A stretch of 63,791 nt of DNA, filler included, from Choristocarpus tenellus KU-1152 (Eukaryota > Protista > Phaeophyceae): NCBI GenBank assembly GCA_964200185.2. It is 11 parts of 11 records of this genome, joined end to end, with 100 filler letters (N's around TTAATTAATTAA, not from the genome) between each part and the next. Parts side by side here need not be neighbours in the genome. Positions count along the whole stretch, not along the records: positions 55,132 to 60,748 come from CAXNAD020010235.1; positions 60,849 to 63,791 come from CAXNAD020023476.1; 9 more parts are not named here. One strand, given 5' to 3'. Positions 60,521 through 63,791 of this stretch are shown piece after piece. How positions within the stretch are numbered: the first letter of the stretch is position 1; each line of letters begins with the position of its first letter. The translations under genes were made by a program, and so were the position numbers. Under the pieces are notes generated by a model. That model was not told where the DNA came from, made no database searches, and worked only from the letters and a program-made list of their open reading frames with translations.

Positions 60521-61039
60521 ATACGGACAAGTTCCATGCATTCATGTCCCTGCATTTTTCAAACTACTGTAGTGTTCAATCGTACACGACATTTTTGAGC
60601 ATTTTACTCTACTTTTCTGCCCAGGTGGGCTTTGATCAATGTTCCCTGGTGGACTTTGCTTCAATAAAGAGCTGTACTCACAGCCGATATTCAGTGTTTT
60701 GACCCAAAGTATCTGGGAGGGGGGGGGGGGACTAAACCAAAGTGTCCANNNNNNNNNNNNNNNNNNNNNNNNNNNNNNNNNNNNNNNNNNNNTTAATTAA
60801 TTAANNNNNNNNNNNNNNNNNNNNNNNNNNNNNNNNNNNNNNNNNNNNGACTGGGAACCTCACTCGGTACCACGGTATAACGGTATAACGGTATATGGCA
60901 TACGAGCAATACGGTATAATAACAGACAAACATGCTTTCCACATAAACTAATAGATAAACCAGATTTGGTGGGGATACTTTAACACAATATATTGAACTT
61001 TAGGTTTCTAACCCCTCATTTCATCATGTCTACATGAGG

Positions 61040-63791
61040 AGATGCGATTCAAGAATTGCGGGAACCTGTTGCTTCCGAGGGCCCATCTGTCCAATAATTC
61101 GGACAGCTTATGGCGACGGTAGCGGAGTTGTCAAGAAACGTTGGCAATCTCATGGTTCAGTCTGAAAGAGTCGGCAACGGAAATCATCCCGTCGTCCAGG
61201 CCGCTGTGCCCAGCACACAGCCTTCAGCTGGGCACGTACCAGTCGAAGTGAATTCTATGGAACCCATGTTGAGGGAGAATTTCCCAGAGAGGGGAGACAG
61301 TTGGGATGTTGCGAGCATCAGAAGTGGAGCAAGCCAGAGGTCCGGTTCTTCGGAGAGCTTGGGATCAGGTGCACATATTGTTCGCCCTACGACAAAGAGA
61401 TCAAGAACCCAACCACCGAAACTACAGGATGACTGGGACTACCGGGACTGGCGGAGGCGTTTCATCGTGCATTGCAGATATACTCACTGTTTGGATGCGT
61501 TGACAAGTGAAACACCAGTCAATCAAGAACGCTCCTACGAGGAACTTCTCTCGGGCACCTTCAGTCCGAATGATACCTGGATGGCCGAAGAGGCCTACCA
61601 TGCACTTACTGTTGTTCTCGTCGCACCCACCACCAGGGCACTGTGCTATACGCACCAAAGCTCGAGTGAGCTTTTCCGAGCAATACATGATTGGCTCATA
61701 CCTAATACAGTGGGTAATAGCCAACATTTGTTCCCTGAGGTTTTCACTTCAAAGGTGGAGAAGGGGGCGAATCCGATCCTGACCTTAAACCACTTGGTAG
61801 AGCTACGGGAGAGGATGCGATCAATGGACCTGGTCATCTCGGACAAGCTGCTGCTCCTACAGTTCCTGAGTGCTCTCGGATTAGATTACGATACCAAGAT
61901 ACGCATGATGGCCTCGCAGAGGACACTATGTCGAGCAGAAGTAGAGAAAACTGCTAGAGAGCGATATGCTTCCCTTCATCAGGGGAAGGACTCAAGACAT
62001 TAGAAAAGTCATGCTTTGGTTGTTAACAGCTCATCACAAGGGAAGAGTCAGTCTCATCGCAATGGCCAAGGTCACGGCGTTGAACGTAAATTTAAAGGTG
62101 GAAGAAAGAAACATGGTTCTAATTCCAACCCTAAACGTTCCGAGAAGATTCCTTGTGAGAGATGTGGTAAGCATGGACATGAGAAGACAGCTTGCCCAAA
62201 CCGCATTTGCACCAAGTGTGTTGGACGTGCCCATGATGCTACCACACGCACTTCAGTGTTCTTGACTACGGTGCAGTCCGGGAAAGAAGAGATCGAGACC
62301 GAGGCGAATCCTTCCCACTTTACTGTGGAAAGTATCACCAGCTGCGGCGACAACGAGCGATATGCACTACTGGTCACCGCTGAGGACTCTCCGAGCAGCT
62401 ATGCTCCAGGCAATTGTGGGGAAAACGAATGTTTGGTGTCAAGTGTTGGGGTTGGCCATGAGAAAGAAGAATGGATTTTGGACAGTGCGGCTTCATGTCG
62501 AGCCAGAGTATCTTGGAGGGTTGAGCCGCGTACATTTGGCGACCAAAATCCAATGTTGAAATTTTGATGTAATTTTGGCTATCGTGTTTGTTAGGAAGTG
62601 TCAATATCCTTGTTCCAGACACACCTTTTCAGAACACATATATTTTACCTACTCATGAACATTTCGGAGTAGGTAAAATGTCATTGAAAAAACCATGGGA
62701 AGCCACGCCCCAAATGGACAAACAGGGAAAAACTCGTACTCTCTAAGGTGCTTTCACTCTGTCACATGACAAATATGATAACACACCTGACAAATTACAA
62801 GCGTTGTGTTGGAGACAAAAGGGTAGTCAATGCCAGCCAAACTTCCTTTTGCATCGCTGGTCATGATGATCTCTAACCATCTTGTTTCCGTCATGTGACA
62901 ACAAGGAGGTAGAAATACTCCTTCAAAATGCCGGCTATGTCCCAGATCTTGGATTCAATCTTTTTTCTTGCCAAGCAGCAGCTGATAAGGGTACAAAAGG
63001 CATTTTCACAGCCAGCACATTCTCGTTGTTAGATGGGATATTTATCTTCACAAGAGATCCTGGTTGCTATTACACCCTCTATGGACAACACATATTGCCT
63101 CGACCAGGTCGAAATGATGAAGTTGCTTTAAAGGCCACTATAGCTCCCTCGCTTGCACCCCACACACTCTCCACACGGAGATCGACATTGACCTCTTCCA
63201 CCGAGGTAATTTGCACACTTATGGCCACGCACACGAGGCATTGCTCAAGTCTACCACCACTTCAATGGGCATTCTTTTGGTGGGTGAGCTGGAGCCATGT
63301 GTGGGCTGCTCTGTGAGCAAGGGCATACGGAAGGGCGTCCGGTCTAGCACCTCTTCAAGGGCAGTAAGAAAGCTGGATCGGGTTTTTGTCGACTTAAGTG
63401 GGAAGAGGGCTACCCTTTCAATCGGTGGTAAACAATACAACATGATAATCCAGGACGATTATTTTCGTTTTGTTTGGTTGTATTTCCTTCATGCTAAGTC
63501 GGATGCCGCCGAAGCCTTCAAGAAGTACATGGCCGATATCCGAGCTGATGGTATTCCCTCTCAGGTGATGTGTCTGTGGTCTGATAATGGGGGGGAATTT
63601 TATGAGGGTGCTTTTGGCACTCTTTGTCGTGATCGAGGGATAAGACAGGAGTTTATAACTGCAGACAGCCCTCAATTTAATGGGGTTGCAGAACGAATGC
63701 TGGGTATTATTGATGAAGCTTCATTAGCTGCCCGCCTTCCAGCTCCACTACTTTGCCCCCATGTTACTATCCCCAAGACCGACTCCTTATA
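61040..63791 (+). mobile_element. Ty1/copia LTR retrotransposon, degenerate gag-pol (gag, zinc knuckle, protease, integrase); runs off window end
   Basis: Gag 61110-62003 (YRDWRRRF; FLSALGLDYD), knuckle CERCGKHGHEKTAC, protease WILDSAASCHMT (split by a MITE), HHCC region ~63210-63312, integrase RVFVDLSG...IIQDDYFRF.WLYFL.AKSDA...SDNGGEF...TADSPQFNGVAER. Protease followed directly by integrase is the copia order. Stops at 62001-62003 and elsewhere. Confidence 0.95.
62500..62759 (+). mobile_element. MITE B full copy inserted in the copia protease motif
   Basis: GAGCCAGAGTATCTTGGAGGG...CTCTCTAAGGTGCTTTCACTC with perfect TGTC / TGTC duplication. Removing it restores TCA TGT CAC ATG ACA (SCHMT). 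Confidence 0.96.

Noticed and set aside
8569-60848. Regularly recurring TTAATTAATTAA palindrome
   Set aside because: Always centred in 44+44 N. It is a synthetic concatenation linker, and ORFs that run into it (X-containing) are artefacts.
1-63791. Fanzor/TnpB, giant-virus or prokaryotic defence genes
   Set aside because: No RuvC, capsid, Cas or operon-like ORFs were recognised in the ORF track or in manual reading.

Overview
Eukaryotic, intron-rich, transposon-rich DNA. It is not one locus. It is 11 short contigs joined by an artificial 100-bp linker (44 N + TTAATTAATTAA + 44 N): 1-8568, 8669-12633, 12734-18311, 18412-25209, 25310-34627, 34728-39555, 39656-45776, 45877-51386, 51487-55031, 55132-60748, 60849-63791. 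Long introns, ciliary genes, an RTE-type LINE, a copia element and (CCCTAA)n suggest a brown alga or related stramenopile (inference only). Spliced gene fragments reconstructed by hand with phase-consistent exons are cytoplasmic dynein-2 heavy chain, a WDR17-like protein, a PARP3-like catalytic domain, protein phosphatase 1, a type II membrane sulfotransferase, an unnamed split CxxC...CxxC protein and a low-complexity hypothetical protein. Decayed copia, RTE, PIF/Harbinger, P-like and hAT-like elements are also present. The most striking unexplained structure is a clan of at least four related small non-autonomous DNA transposon (MITE) families, about 28 copies or ends in 64 kb. They share G(A/G)xxxAAA(G/C) termini, mostly have sequence-variable 4-bp target duplications, nest in each other, split a host transposon at one site and sit at most contig breaks.
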